Shown here in pieces: positions 10,930 through 19,938 of a stretch of DNA of 64,000 nt (its first letter is position 1; every line of letters starts with the position of its first letter). This DNA comes from Candidatus Latescibacterota bacterium. GTDB lineage: Bacteria > Latescibacterota > UBA2968 > UBA8231. The position numbers and the translations under genes are program-made. Under the pieces are notes generated by a model. It saw nothing but the letters and a program-made list of their open reading frames with translations. It did no database searches and was not told the DNA's origin. The stretch covers positions 2,048,001 through 2,112,000 of the forward strand of contig CBDFJF010000001.1 of assembly GCA_965248265.1 (NCBI GenBank), written 5' to 3'.

Positions 10930-10997
10930 CAGAATCGAACGCAAACAGCACGATCCGAATGACGCTCGAGTTTCGTTAGCGTCTTTCGAACCAGCAG

Positions 10998-12554
10998 GTG
11001 ACCCTCATGTTGAAGATGGCCTCCATACGCTTCAAAATCATCGCGCCGCTCGCGGTCTTCATTCTGGGTATCGCTGTATTCAATGTCTACTACTTCCCCA
11101 CCAAAGAAGCCAGCATCATCAGCGCCGTTTTCGAAGACCGGCTGCGCCAGGCCGTCGCCACCCTTACCCTGGGCACGAGCATCTCAATCAGCTCGGGGAG
11201 CCTCGAGGGCGCTGAAGCTACCGTGCAGTTGTTGGAGCGTGATGAAAACATCGCCTTCCTCTTCGTCCTGGACCCCGACGGTGCTGAACTCATCAGTCAC
11301 GGCCAACCGGAAGAGGGTAGTGAGATGGAAAACCTGGAGGCCCTGGCGCAGCTACCGCAGTCCGTGTTCGTCGACAGGAAGCCGTACCTGCTGCTGAAGG
11401 AAGAGATCATCTTCGACGACGAGTTGCTTGGCTCCGCGATTGTCGGACTGGACACTAGAGAACGGGAACGGCTTATCCGCGAGAGCATCCTGTTCACGGT
11501 GATCGTCAACGTCATTCTGGCGGCGCTGGGTATAGGTGTCATCGTATGGGTGACCCAGTCCGTGATCCTCGCATCCGTGCGCGAAGCAGTCGATGTCGCG
11601 GAGGCCATCGCCACTGGTGATCTCACCGTCCAGGTAGGCGGCGAGCGCCAGGATGAGATGGGGCAGCTCTCGAATGCCATAAACGTCATGGCCGGTAACC
11701 TCGGATCCCTGATTGGACAAACGCAGCGATCGGGTATCCAGATAACCTCGTCGGTGACTCAGCTGGCGGCTTCGGGTAAGCAGTTGGAGGCGACGGTCAA
11801 CCAACAGGCAGCGGCGACCAATCAGGTAGTAGCCACAGCCAAGGAGATCTCTTCCACTTCACACGAACTTCTATCGACCATGGGTGAAGTCTCATCGATG
11901 GCCGAGGACACAGTGGGATCCGCCGATTCTGGCCGCCAGGGTCTCAACCGTATGGAGTCGACGATGCAGGAGATGGAAGAAGCGACACAATCCATCTCCT
12001 CCAAGCTGGCCGTCATCAATGAGAAGGCCTCGAGCATCAACTCGGTGGTCACGACCATCACCAAAGTCGCGGACCAGACCAATCTCCTGTCCCTCAACGC
12101 GGCCATTGAAGCGGAAAAGGCCGGAGAATACGGCGTCGGTTTCGCCGTGGTCGCGCGGGAAATTCGACGGCTCGCCGATCAGACCGCGGTGGCCACCCTG
12201 GACATCGAGCAAACCGTGAAGGAAATGCGCTCCAGCGTCAGCGCCGGTGTCATGAGCATGGACAAATTCTCGGAGCAGGTTCGGCGCGGCGCTGACGAAA
12301 TTCGCAATGTGGGAACCCAGCTGGCCGGTATCATCGAACAGGTTCATGCCCTGACCCCCCGTTTCGACACAGTTGAGCAGGGCATGGAGGCTCAGTCCCA
12401 GGGAGCGGTTCAAATCAGCGAATCGATGGTCCAACTCAACGACGGGGCGCAGCAGACGGCGACCTCGCTACGCGAGACCAACGAAACGCTCGAGCAACTC
12501 TCGCAGGCCGCCCACGACATGCAGGCAGAAATCGCCCGCTTCAAGCTCACCTGA
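10998..12554 (+). CDS. Methyl-accepting chemotaxis protein, WspA-like signalling domain
   Basis: Two TM segments flanking a periplasmic domain, HAMP (GDLT..DEMGQL), tip [40 protein letters not shown]. Confidence 0.93.
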   Translation: MTLMLKMASIRFKIIAPLAVFILGIAVFNVYYFPTKEASIISAVFEDRLRQAVATLTLGTSISISSGSLEGAEATVQLLERDENIAFLFVLDPDGAELISHGQPEEGSEMENLEALAQLPQSVFVDRKPYLLLKEEIIFDDELLGSAIVGLDTRERERLIRESILFTVIVNVILAALGIGVIVWVTQSVILASVREAVDVAEAIATGDLTVQVGGERQDEMGQLSNAINVMAGNLGSLIGQTQRSGIQITSSVTQLAASGKQLEATVNQQAAATNQVVATAKEISSTSHELLSTMGEVSSMAEDTVGSADSGRQGLNRMESTMQEMEEATQSISSKLAVINEKASSINSVVTTITKVADQTNLLSLNAAIEAEKAGEYGVGFAVVAREIRRLADQTAVATLDIEQTVKEMRSSVSAGVMSMDKFSEQVRRGADEIRNVGTQLAGIIEQVHALTPRFDTVEQGMEAQSQGAVQISESMVQLNDGAQQTATSLRETNETLEQLSQAAHDMQAEIARFKLT

Positions 12555-12591
12555 CCGCTGCCACTGACTGCGAAGCCACACGACCCTTCTG

Positions 12592-12843
12592 ATGGACCAT
12601 CTCCCGTCCGCTGATGCTCTCGTCCAGGTCCTCGACCCCCTGATCCGGCAGCGTACAGGGGTCGATTTGGCTGAGATGAACGCGACGATGCTGCGCACGG
12701 CTGTCGCCCAACACATGCAGGACCTGGGCATCGAAGAGTTTTCCGCCTATGGGCAGCTGCTCCACGGCGCAGAAACCCGCGTCGACGAGCTCTCTGAGAG
12801 GCTGGCGGTGATAGAATCCTGGTTCTTTCGCGATGTCGGTCCC
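12592..12843 (+). pseudogene. CheR/WspC methyltransferase N-terminal fragment
   Basis: RQRTGVDL...LAVIESWFFRDVGP is a CheR N-terminus; the SAM-binding domain is absent and the ORF stops at 12912. Confidence 0.75.
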
Positions 12844-13001
12844 TCTACGATCTGCGACCACGAGACCTCAGTGAGCCGCCGGTTACCGTGGGCACGGCGA
12901 CCTCGACGCTGACCCGTAGTTTGTTTCATTGGCACGACAAGGACGTGGCCTTGCTTGACGATGATGCCCTCTTTGCCGGTTTGCGGAGCAGAGTGCTGTG
13001 A
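12843..13001 (+). pseudogene. CheW/WspD C-terminal fragment
   Basis: Second frame reads LYDLRPRDLSEPPVTVGTATSTLTRSLFHWHDKDVALLDDDALFAGLRSRVL*, like a WspD C-terminus; its TGA overlaps the GTG of cheA. Confidence 0.65.
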
Positions 13002-15265
13002 CCGAAGACGGGATGAGTGATTTCTTCGACGATCTAGGGTTGCTGGACTTGTTCAGCACGGAGATGGAATCCCTGTCTGGCGTGCTCAACAATGGCTTGC
13101 TGGCGCTGGAGCGCGACCCCTCCGACAACAGCGGCATCGAGGAGTTGATGCGTGCGGCCCACTCCGCCAAGGGTGCAGCACGGATTGCTCAGTTAGACCC
13201 GATCGTCGAATTGGCGCATGCCATGGAGGACTACTTCGTGGCCGTTCAGGAGGGCAAGGCGCATGTCGCCGCCGAGCATGTCGACGTGTTGCTCGCCGGC
13301 GTCGATGCGATGGAGCAACTATCCAAGGTGGCCACCGATGAGTTCTCGCAGTGGCTGGAGAGCCAGCAAACCGGCATCTCCGCACAGGTTGACAGAGTGC
13401 AGTCGCTGACTTCGAAGGAAGCTGCTCCGGCCGGCCCGCCGCCCCCGGTGCCCGAAGCGCCTCTTGATTCCGATCTTCAACAACTGCCAGCGGCGAGCGC
13501 CAGCGATGCGGCTGAAGGAAAGGAGGCGCGCGATCGCGTCGTCCGTCTCACCTCCGACAGCCTCGACCGTCTGATGTCACTGGCTGGTGAGGTACGTGTC
13601 GACACCTTGTGGCTGCGGCCGTACGCCGACTCGCTGCTGCAACTGAAATCCAGCCAGGCGGGCCTTGCCAACATCCTGGAAAACATTCGCCGTGCAGAGG
13701 GAGAGAACGGTGAGACCTCCAGCGCCGACTTCGATGAGGCCCAACAAAGGATCGAGGACTGCCGCAACATGCTGGCCGAACGCATGGAAACGCTCGAGAC
13801 CTTCGCGCGCCGCACGGCCGACCTGAGCAGCCGCTTGTACCGAGAGGTTATCAACAGCCGCATGCGGCCGTTCTCCGACGGAGGGCAGGGGCTGCTTCGA
13901 CTGGTCCGCGATATGGCCCGTTCGCTGGGCAAGAAGGTGCGACTCGAGACCGTCGGCGAAGACACCGACGTCGATCGCGACATACTAGAAAGGCTTGAAG
14001 CCCCCCTCACCCATCTCGTACGCAACTCCCTCGATCATGGGATCGAACTTCCGGCCGAGCGCGTCGCGGCGGGCAAGCCAGAGGAAGGCGTGATCCGGCT
14101 GGAGGCCAGGCACAGCGCCGGCATGCTATCCATCGTCATTTCCGACGACGGCAAGGGCATCGACCTGACGAAAGTCCGCGCCAAGGTGATCGAACGTGGC
14201 CTGACCGATGAGAGTACAGCCGAAAGCCTGTCCGACACCGAGCTGCTCGAATTTCTGTTCCTGCCGGGCTTCTCCACGGCCACGGAAGTGACGGAAATCT
14301 CCGGCCGCGGCGTTGGCATGGACGTCGTCCAGAGCATGGTTCAGGAGGTGGGTGGCATCATTCACTCGACGACTCAGCTCGGCAGTGGCACTTCGTTCCA
14401 CATGCAGCTCCCCTTGACGCTGTCGGTAACGCGTACCCTGATGATGAAAATCGGCGACGAACCATACGCACTGCCCATCGCCCGTGTCGACCGGACCGTG
14501 GTGCTGCCGCATGACCAGATCGAGTTGGTGGAGGGCAAGGAGTATGTCAGTCATGAAGGCAAGCGGATCGGCCTGGTGTCGGCCAGGCAGATCCTTGAAA
14601 TTGGCGCCGGCCACGAACGTTCTGACGTCCTCCACGTCGTCGTCGTCAGCGACCGCCTCAACACCTACGGTTTGGTCGTCGACGCTTTCCTGGGAGAGCA
14701 TGACCTCGTCGTCAGGCCGCTCGACCCGCGCCTTGGCAAAGTGCAGGATGTGAGCTCGGCCGCCTTCACGGAGGAGGGCGCACCCATCCTCGTGCTCGAT
14801 TCTGACGACCTGGTGCGCTCGATCGATGCGCTCATCAGTGGCGATCGCCTGCGAAAGGTCGTCCAGGTCGACGGCGAGGCTGTCGGTGTCGAACACAAGC
14901 GCGTGCTCGTAGTGGACGATTCCATCACCGTGCGGGAGGTAGAACGAAAGCTCCTCGAAAACCGAGGCTATGAAGTAGATGTGGCCGTCGATGGAGTAGA
15001 CGGTTGGAACGCCGTGCGCCAGAAGACCTACGACCTGATCATCAGCGACGTCGACATGCCGAGAATGACCGGGATCGAATTGGTGCGCCATATCAAGAGA
15101 GACCCGGAGCTAAAATCGGTTCCGGTGATGATCGTGTCCTACAAGGACCGTGAAGAAGACCGTTTGCTGGGACTCGAAGCAGGTGCCAACTACTACCTAA
15201 CCAAGAGCAGCTTTCGCGACGAGACACTCCTCGACGCCGTGCGAGAACTGATAGGCAATGCCTGA
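12998..15265 (+). CDS. Hybrid CheA histidine kinase-receiver (WspE-like)
   Basis: Hpt RAAHSAKGAARI, HLVRNSLDHGIE, DDGKG, GFST..ISGRGVGMDVV, CheW domain, receiver SDVDMP. Confidence 0.93.
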   Translation: MTEDGMSDFFDDLGLLDLFSTEMESLSGVLNNGLLALERDPSDNSGIEELMRAAHSAKGAARIAQLDPIVELAHAMEDYFVAVQEGKAHVAAEHVDVLLAGVDAMEQLSKVATDEFSQWLESQQTGISAQVDRVQSLTSKEAAPAGPPPPVPEAPLDSDLQQLPAASASDAAEGKEARDRVVRLTSDSLDRLMSLAGEVRVDTLWLRPYADSLLQLKSSQAGLANILENIRRAEGENGETSSADFDEAQQRIEDCRNMLAERMETLETFARRTADLSSRLYREVINSRMRPFSDGGQGLLRLVRDMARSLGKKVRLETVGEDTDVDRDILERLEAPLTHLVRNSLDHGIELPAERVAAGKPEEGVIRLEARHSAGMLSIVISDDGKGIDLTKVRAKVIERGLTDESTAESLSDTELLEFLFLPGFSTATEVTEISGRGVGMDVVQSMVQEVGGIIHSTTQLGSGTSFHMQLPLTLSVTRTLMMKIGDEPYALPIARVDRTVVLPHDQIELVEGKEYVSHEGKRIGLVSARQILEIGAGHERSDVLHVVVVSDRLNTYGLVVDAFLGEHDLVVRPLDPRLGKVQDVSSAAFTEEGAPILVLDSDDLVRSIDALISGDRLRKVVQVDGEAVGVEHKRVLVVDDSITVREVERKLLENRGYEVDVAVDGVDGWNAVRQKTYDLIISDVDMPRMTGIELVRHIKRDPELKSVPVMIVSYKDREEDRLLGLEAGANYYLTKSSFRDETLLDAVRELIGNA

Positions 15266-15290
15266 CTGGTGTGAAGGAATAGGCTAGACC

Positions 15291-15671
15291 ATGGTCATAC
15301 GCACAAAGAAGAACGTCCTCATTGTCGACGACTCACCCTTCATTCGCGAAATGGTCGGCAAGATCGTCGAACGCCTGGGACACCTTGTCTCCAAGGCTGG
15401 GGATGGCATCGAGGGCATCGCGGTCGCCAGCAACCAGGAAATCGACGTAATCATCCTCGACGTCCAGATGCCCAAAAAAGACGGGTTGCAGACGCTCAAC
15501 GAGCTGCGCGCCGATCCACGCCACGCTCAAACGCCCATAATCATGCTCACCTCGGTCGGAGATGGCGATATCGTCAAGCGCAGCATCCAGGGGAAGGCGA
15601 CACACTACCTCCTCAAGGACGACCCCCAGGAAATCATGAAGCGGCTCAAAGAAGTCTTCGCTACGCTCTGA
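15291..15671 (+). CDS. Single-domain response regulator (CheY-like)
   Basis: VLIVDD, LDVQMP, IIMLT, YLLK. Confidence 0.9.
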   Translation: MVIRTKKNVLIVDDSPFIREMVGKIVERLGHLVSKAGDGIEGIAVASNQEIDVIILDVQMPKKDGLQTLNELRADPRHAQTPIIMLTSVGDGDIVKRSIQGKATHYLLKDDPQEIMKRLKEVFATL

Positions 15672-15829
15672 TGGACAGCTGAGTTCGCGTCAGTGGACCT
15701 TCCGGATCGAGCCACCGTCGCTCGATCCGGGCAGCGAGATTCCCCTTGCGGGGGTTCGCCCCGCACGCGAAGCTATGTCTCCAACCGCTGACCCCATCCC
15801 CCACTTCCCAATCCTCACATAGACTGCAC

Positions 15830-17071
15830 ATGACAAAGCCCGGCGCCGAGGCCTGGAAGTCGTCGACTCTGGCCAAGACCTACATCGAGGAGGTCCGCAT
15901 GGGCATCCCCCTGGCTGAAGAGCAGATCGATATCATGCTGCGGCTCGTCGCCTCCAAAGACCAGCCGATGTCGAACTTTCTGGACCTTGGCTGCGGCAAC
16001 GGCATCCTCACCTCCGCGCTGCTGGACAGCCATCCGGAGGCACGCGGAGTCCTCGTGGATTTTTCAGCCCCGATGCTGGATGCCGCTCGTACGGCGCTAT
16101 CAGACCACGCAGCGAAGCTCACCTTCGCCGAACTCGACTATGGAGATCCTTCCTGGTCTGAGGCAGTAGCCCGGCACGGGCCGTTCGATGTCGTCGTCTC
16201 CGGGTTCTCCATTCACCATCAGACGGATGTGCGCAAACGCGGACTGTACGCGGAGATCTTCGACCTGCTCGGACCCGACGGTCTGTTCGTAAACATCGAA
16301 CATGTGGCTTCGGTCAACGCCTGGGTGCGCCAGCGTTTCGACGACTACTGCATCGATTCCTTCTACGCAACCCATGTGAAGGGGGGCGGCACGCGTACGC
16401 GGGAGGAAATTGCGGTCGAGTTCTATCACCGTCCGGATAAAGCAGCCAACATTCTCGCTCTGGTCGAGGATCAATGCGCCTGGTTGCGTCAGACCGGCTT
16501 CCAGGATGTCGATTGCTATCTCAAGATCCTCGAGCTGGCCGTTTTCGGCGGACGACGCCCCCCGGTGAGCGCTGACCCGGTGTCCAGTCCAATTGTGCTG
16601 CGACCGATCGCCTCTGAAGACCGCGATTGGATCGTGGAAATGCTGAAGCAGCACTGGAGCGCGACCACCGTCGTCGCCCGCGGCCGCACCTTTCAGGGTG
16701 ACGAGCTGCCTGGGTTCGTCGCCCTCATCAACGACGAGCGCGTAGGATTGGCGACCCACAGTATCGAAGAGGGAGAGTGCGAAATCATCACCCTCAATTC
16801 CTTCCGGCGCGGCCTCGGTATTGGCACCGCGTTGGTAGAGGCAGTGCGCGAGGCTGTCGCTGCCAAGGGCATCAAGCGGCTGTGGGCGGTGACGACGAAC
16901 GATAACACCGGGGCGCTCGCCTTCTACCAGAAGATCGGCTTCAGCATCACGGCCGTGTACCCCGGGGCCTTCGACTCCGCCCGCAAACTGAAACCGGAGT
17001 TGCCCCTCATCGGTTACGACGGCATACCGCTCAATGACGAGATCGAGCTCGAACTGACGCTGACAACGTAG
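15830..17071 (+). CDS. Class I SAM methyltransferase fused to a C-terminal GNAT acetyltransferase
   Basis: FLDLGCGNG, DFSAPML, SGFSIHH; then RRGLGIGTAL, VTTNDNTGALAFYQKIGF. Confidence 0.85.
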   Translation: MTKPGAEAWKSSTLAKTYIEEVRMGIPLAEEQIDIMLRLVASKDQPMSNFLDLGCGNGILTSALLDSHPEARGVLVDFSAPMLDAARTALSDHAAKLTFAELDYGDPSWSEAVARHGPFDVVVSGFSIHHQTDVRKRGLYAEIFDLLGPDGLFVNIEHVASVNAWVRQRFDDYCIDSFYATHVKGGGTRTREEIAVEFYHRPDKAANILALVEDQCAWLRQTGFQDVDCYLKILELAVFGGRRPPVSADPVSSPIVLRPIASEDRDWIVEMLKQHWSATTVVARGRTFQGDELPGFVALINDERVGLATHSIEEGECEIITLNSFRRGLGIGTALVEAVREAVAAKGIKRLWAVTTNDNTGALAFYQKIGFSITAVYPGAFDSARKLKPELPLIGYDGIPLNDEIELELTLTT

Positions 17072-17307
17072 TTCGCAAGCGTTCGCACGGACTCAATCAA
17101 CTCAGGTGTCAGATCTTCATCCGGCACTTCGATCCCGAACTCCGCCTCCACTGCGGCAATGACCTGAAGGGTGGCTATCGAATTCAGACCCAGCCCACCC
17201 TCGAACAGAGCCTCGTCGTCTGCTATCTCATCGGCTGAAAGCTGGAGTTCGAGGGCCTTGATTACACAGCCTTTCACACGTTCGCTCACGCTCTCTTTTT
17301 GTCCCAT
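17014..17307 (-). CDS. Acyl carrier protein
   Basis: Acidic small protein with GLGLNSI (phosphopantetheine Ser), EAEFGIEVPDEDL, SVRTLANYV; RBS GGAGG. Confidence 0.85.
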   Translation of the reverse strand: MGQKESVSERVKGCVIKALELQLSADEIADDEALFEGGLGLNSIATLQVIAAVEAEFGIEVPDEDLTPELIESVRTLANYVVSVSSSSISSLSGMPS

Positions 17308-19244
17308 CTCGCTTCCTCCGATTGTGAATGACCAGTTTTCCGGGCGCGCCCGGAAAATTGGTGTACGATGCGCTCTGTGAGCCGGCGAATCCCGGACTCG
17401 GAGGCTATCGATATTGCTGCGATGGAAAAATGGTCCTCCAGACGCTGTAGGGTTCGTGACATGTCCGTGTCACCTATACGGTGTTCAACCGCCGGCGAAG
17501 CGCCGGCGATCCTGGACTGGTCGCTCAATGCCAGAGCCAACACCGGACACTTACCGATGGCTCCGATCGCTTCAATGGTATCCCGGATGTAGGATTCGGC
17601 ATCAATCGCGTTGACGACGAGGACACAGGCGTCCGGCTTGATGCCCAGCATGAAACTCAACGACGGCAGGGCGAAGGTTTGGGGGTCGTGCAGGTCGAAG
17701 GGGATGGTACCGGACTGGCTCCCGGCTATGATCAGATCTGGCCGTTTGCGCTTGCACAGCTCGCGCATTTTGCCGTCGAGGTACTCGGGATATGAGTCGA
17801 GCGGGAGCTTTACGGTTGATGCGTGTCCGATCGGAAACGCGTAGTCCATGCCGAGCAATTCGGCATGCGGTTCCGTTCCAATCTGGCCGATGCAGTAACC
17901 CCTTTCAGCCAGGATGCGGCGCAAGGCGAGCTGTAGTGTGAGCTTGCCTTGAGAAGAACTCGTCCCGAACACGGCTAGCACGGGCACATCGACTGGCTCA
18001 GTCTGCACGGGGGGTAGCAGCTCTCCCTCCGCGGGTACCTCCGGCGCCATGAACGTCAGACCCTGCTCCCTGGCTGCTCGCAGGTAAGGTTGGTATCGCG
18101 GTGCGGACAGCGTCTGAAAGCTGAAGACATTGAGTTGCCTCTCCAGTGCCCTTGAGAGCCACCGGGCGAGGATATCATCCCCGCGGAGCCGGCCCAGTTC
18201 CCCCGTATATCCAAGGATCAGCGTGTCAGCCTTCTCCATGACGCGGTCGATGTGGCTGACGATGTGGATACCAGACCGGTTGACCCCGAAAGCCTCCCCC
18301 GCGTCCTTGCCGACGTTGCCTCGCAGCGGCAGGTCGACGATACCGACGACCTCGAATTCAAGCAGATCGCTGAAGCGGACGAGGGCGTGCATCTCTTTGG
18401 TGAAGGGATACAGTATGGCTCTGCTGAGCCACTCGTAGTTGCGACCCGGCCGCCCTGATGGATTTTCCAGATCGGCGTGTGAACTCTCGGACGCGCTTCC
18501 CTTGCTGTTTTGGCCCAGCAGGACGCGCACGCCTTGAAGGGAGTGCCCGGGGAAATGCTCCCGAATCAGAGCCACGAATGCACTTACTTTCGGTGCGGCG
18601 AAACTGTTGCCTCCCATCCAGACCTCTTTGCCGCCAGCCCAGCGCAACCGTTGACGACCGCCATTAGCCAGACACTCCGGCACTTCGCCATGCCGATGGA
18701 TGTAATCGAATTTCCCTGGCAGGTCCCGCGAACCGACACTGATGACCGGTTCGAGGCAGGCGGGATAGCTGGCGGTCGATCTGTTTGCCATGGCCGCCAC
18801 CACGATGACATTGGCCTGCATGGCACGCTGGCAGATGTCGAGAAGGTCCCGGCGAAGCGAGGCATCTTCGGTGCCCAGACTGAGGTTGACGACGTCCATG
18901 CCCTCCTCGATCGCCCAGGCAATGGCCGCCACCAGGAGCCTACCATCCGCTCGCATGGACTCGTCTAGAATCCGCACCGAGTACAACTCGACGGCCGGAG
19001 CAATTCTGCGGATGATGCCGGCGCAGGCCGTGCCATGGCCAGCGCGATCGGTGACGGCGACTCCAACTCGCACCCCGCCGCCGGGGCTCAAGGACAGATC
19101 GACACCGCGCACGAATCCCGCCGATTGCTGAGCCAGCGCGTCGATGCCGCTGTCAACGACAGCGACCTTGACCCCTTTCCCGTCGAGTCGATCGAATGGA
19201 ATCTTGTGATCTTTGCCCATGACACCATGAGTCGTGCTCATCAC
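17286..19244 (-). CDS. S8 (subtilase) peptidase fused to a DUF1611-like P-loop domain
   Basis: Catalytic triad VAVVDSG, GHGTACAG, GNSFAAP; C-terminal half YPFTKEMH...VPVLAVFGTSSSQGK...GTEPH...GSQSG. Confidence 0.85.
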   Translation of the reverse strand: MMSTTHGVMGKDHKIPFDRLDGKGVKVAVVDSGIDALAQQSAGFVRGVDLSLSPGGGVRVGVAVTDRAGHGTACAGIIRRIAPAVELYSVRILDESMRADGRLLVAAIAWAIEEGMDVVNLSLGTEDASLRRDLLDICQRAMQANVIVVAAMANRSTASYPACLEPVISVGSRDLPGKFDYIHRHGEVPECLANGGRQRLRWAGGKEVWMGGNSFAAPKVSAFVALIREHFPGHSLQGVRVLLGQNSKGSASESSHADLENPSGRPGRNYEWLSRAILYPFTKEMHALVRFSDLLEFEVVGIVDLPLRGNVGKDAGEAFGVNRSGIHIVSHIDRVMEKADTLILGYTGELGRLRGDDILARWLSRALERQLNVFSFQTLSAPRYQPYLRAAREQGLTFMAPEVPAEGELLPPVQTEPVDVPVLAVFGTSSSQGKLTLQLALRRILAERGYCIGQIGTEPHAELLGMDYAFPIGHASTVKLPLDSYPEYLDGKMRELCKRKRPDLIIAGSQSGTIPFDLHDPQTFALPSLSFMLGIKPDACVLVVNAIDAESYIRDTIEAIGAIGKCPVLALALSDQSRIAGASPAVEHRIGDTDMSRTLQRLEDHFSIAAISIASESGIRRLTERIVHQFSGRARKTGHSQSEEARWDKKRA

Positions 19245-19938
19245 GCGGCCCGACGATGATCGCCCTCAATGGCCGCGATCCTGCGCCGTCGCCAATCCAC
19301 GAGCACTCGCAACAACCCTTTAGGACCAGACCACTCATACACAAACGTGCTTATGCCGCCCCATGAGACGTCGTCATAACCATAGCTGCGCTTCGTCGTC
19401 AGGCCCCGGAGCAAGTCGGTTTCCGCGAAGTAGAAACCCAGATCGGGATGCCGGGCGATCAACGGCAGGTAATTCTCCATCAAGAACGAACTGTCCGGCA
19501 GAGCCCGAAAACCAAAGCGTTTTAGACTGGAATACCCTTGCGGTTGAACACCCAGGTGACGGCCTCAATGCGATCGAATGAACCACTGCACAATACCCGA
19601 ATAACGGGAAGGGCAAGTTGGCGCCAGAAGGTCCCACGTCGCTGAAAGAGGGGTGCGGTTTCAGCCGCCGACATGATGGCGACCCGGCCATCATCTTGTT
19701 TCTCGTCAACCTGCACCGAGGCGATGACGGCACCATCGCACTTGAGAATGAAAGTGCCGACTCGATTGGGGCGGCGTTCCTCCCGCACCAGAGCGCGGGC
19801 CGTAACGGTTTCGGCCTGAGCTGGTTTCGTCCGGTATCCCTGCGAACTCAACGACCAGTGCTCATCGCGCATCCAGTTCAGAAACTGCGCGAACGCTTCG
19901 GCGTTGTCGGGGTTGAGTTTGGCTTTCACGAACGTCAT
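19241..19938 (-). pseudogene. GNAT-family acyltransferase split by a 1-nt frameshift
   Basis: FQRRG motif; ...TWVFNRKGIPV-TA-AAA CGC TTT GGT TTT restores to Y-K-R-F-G-F-R...LMENYLP by adding one base at about 19522; both ends overlap neighbouring genes by 4 nt. Confidence 0.75.
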
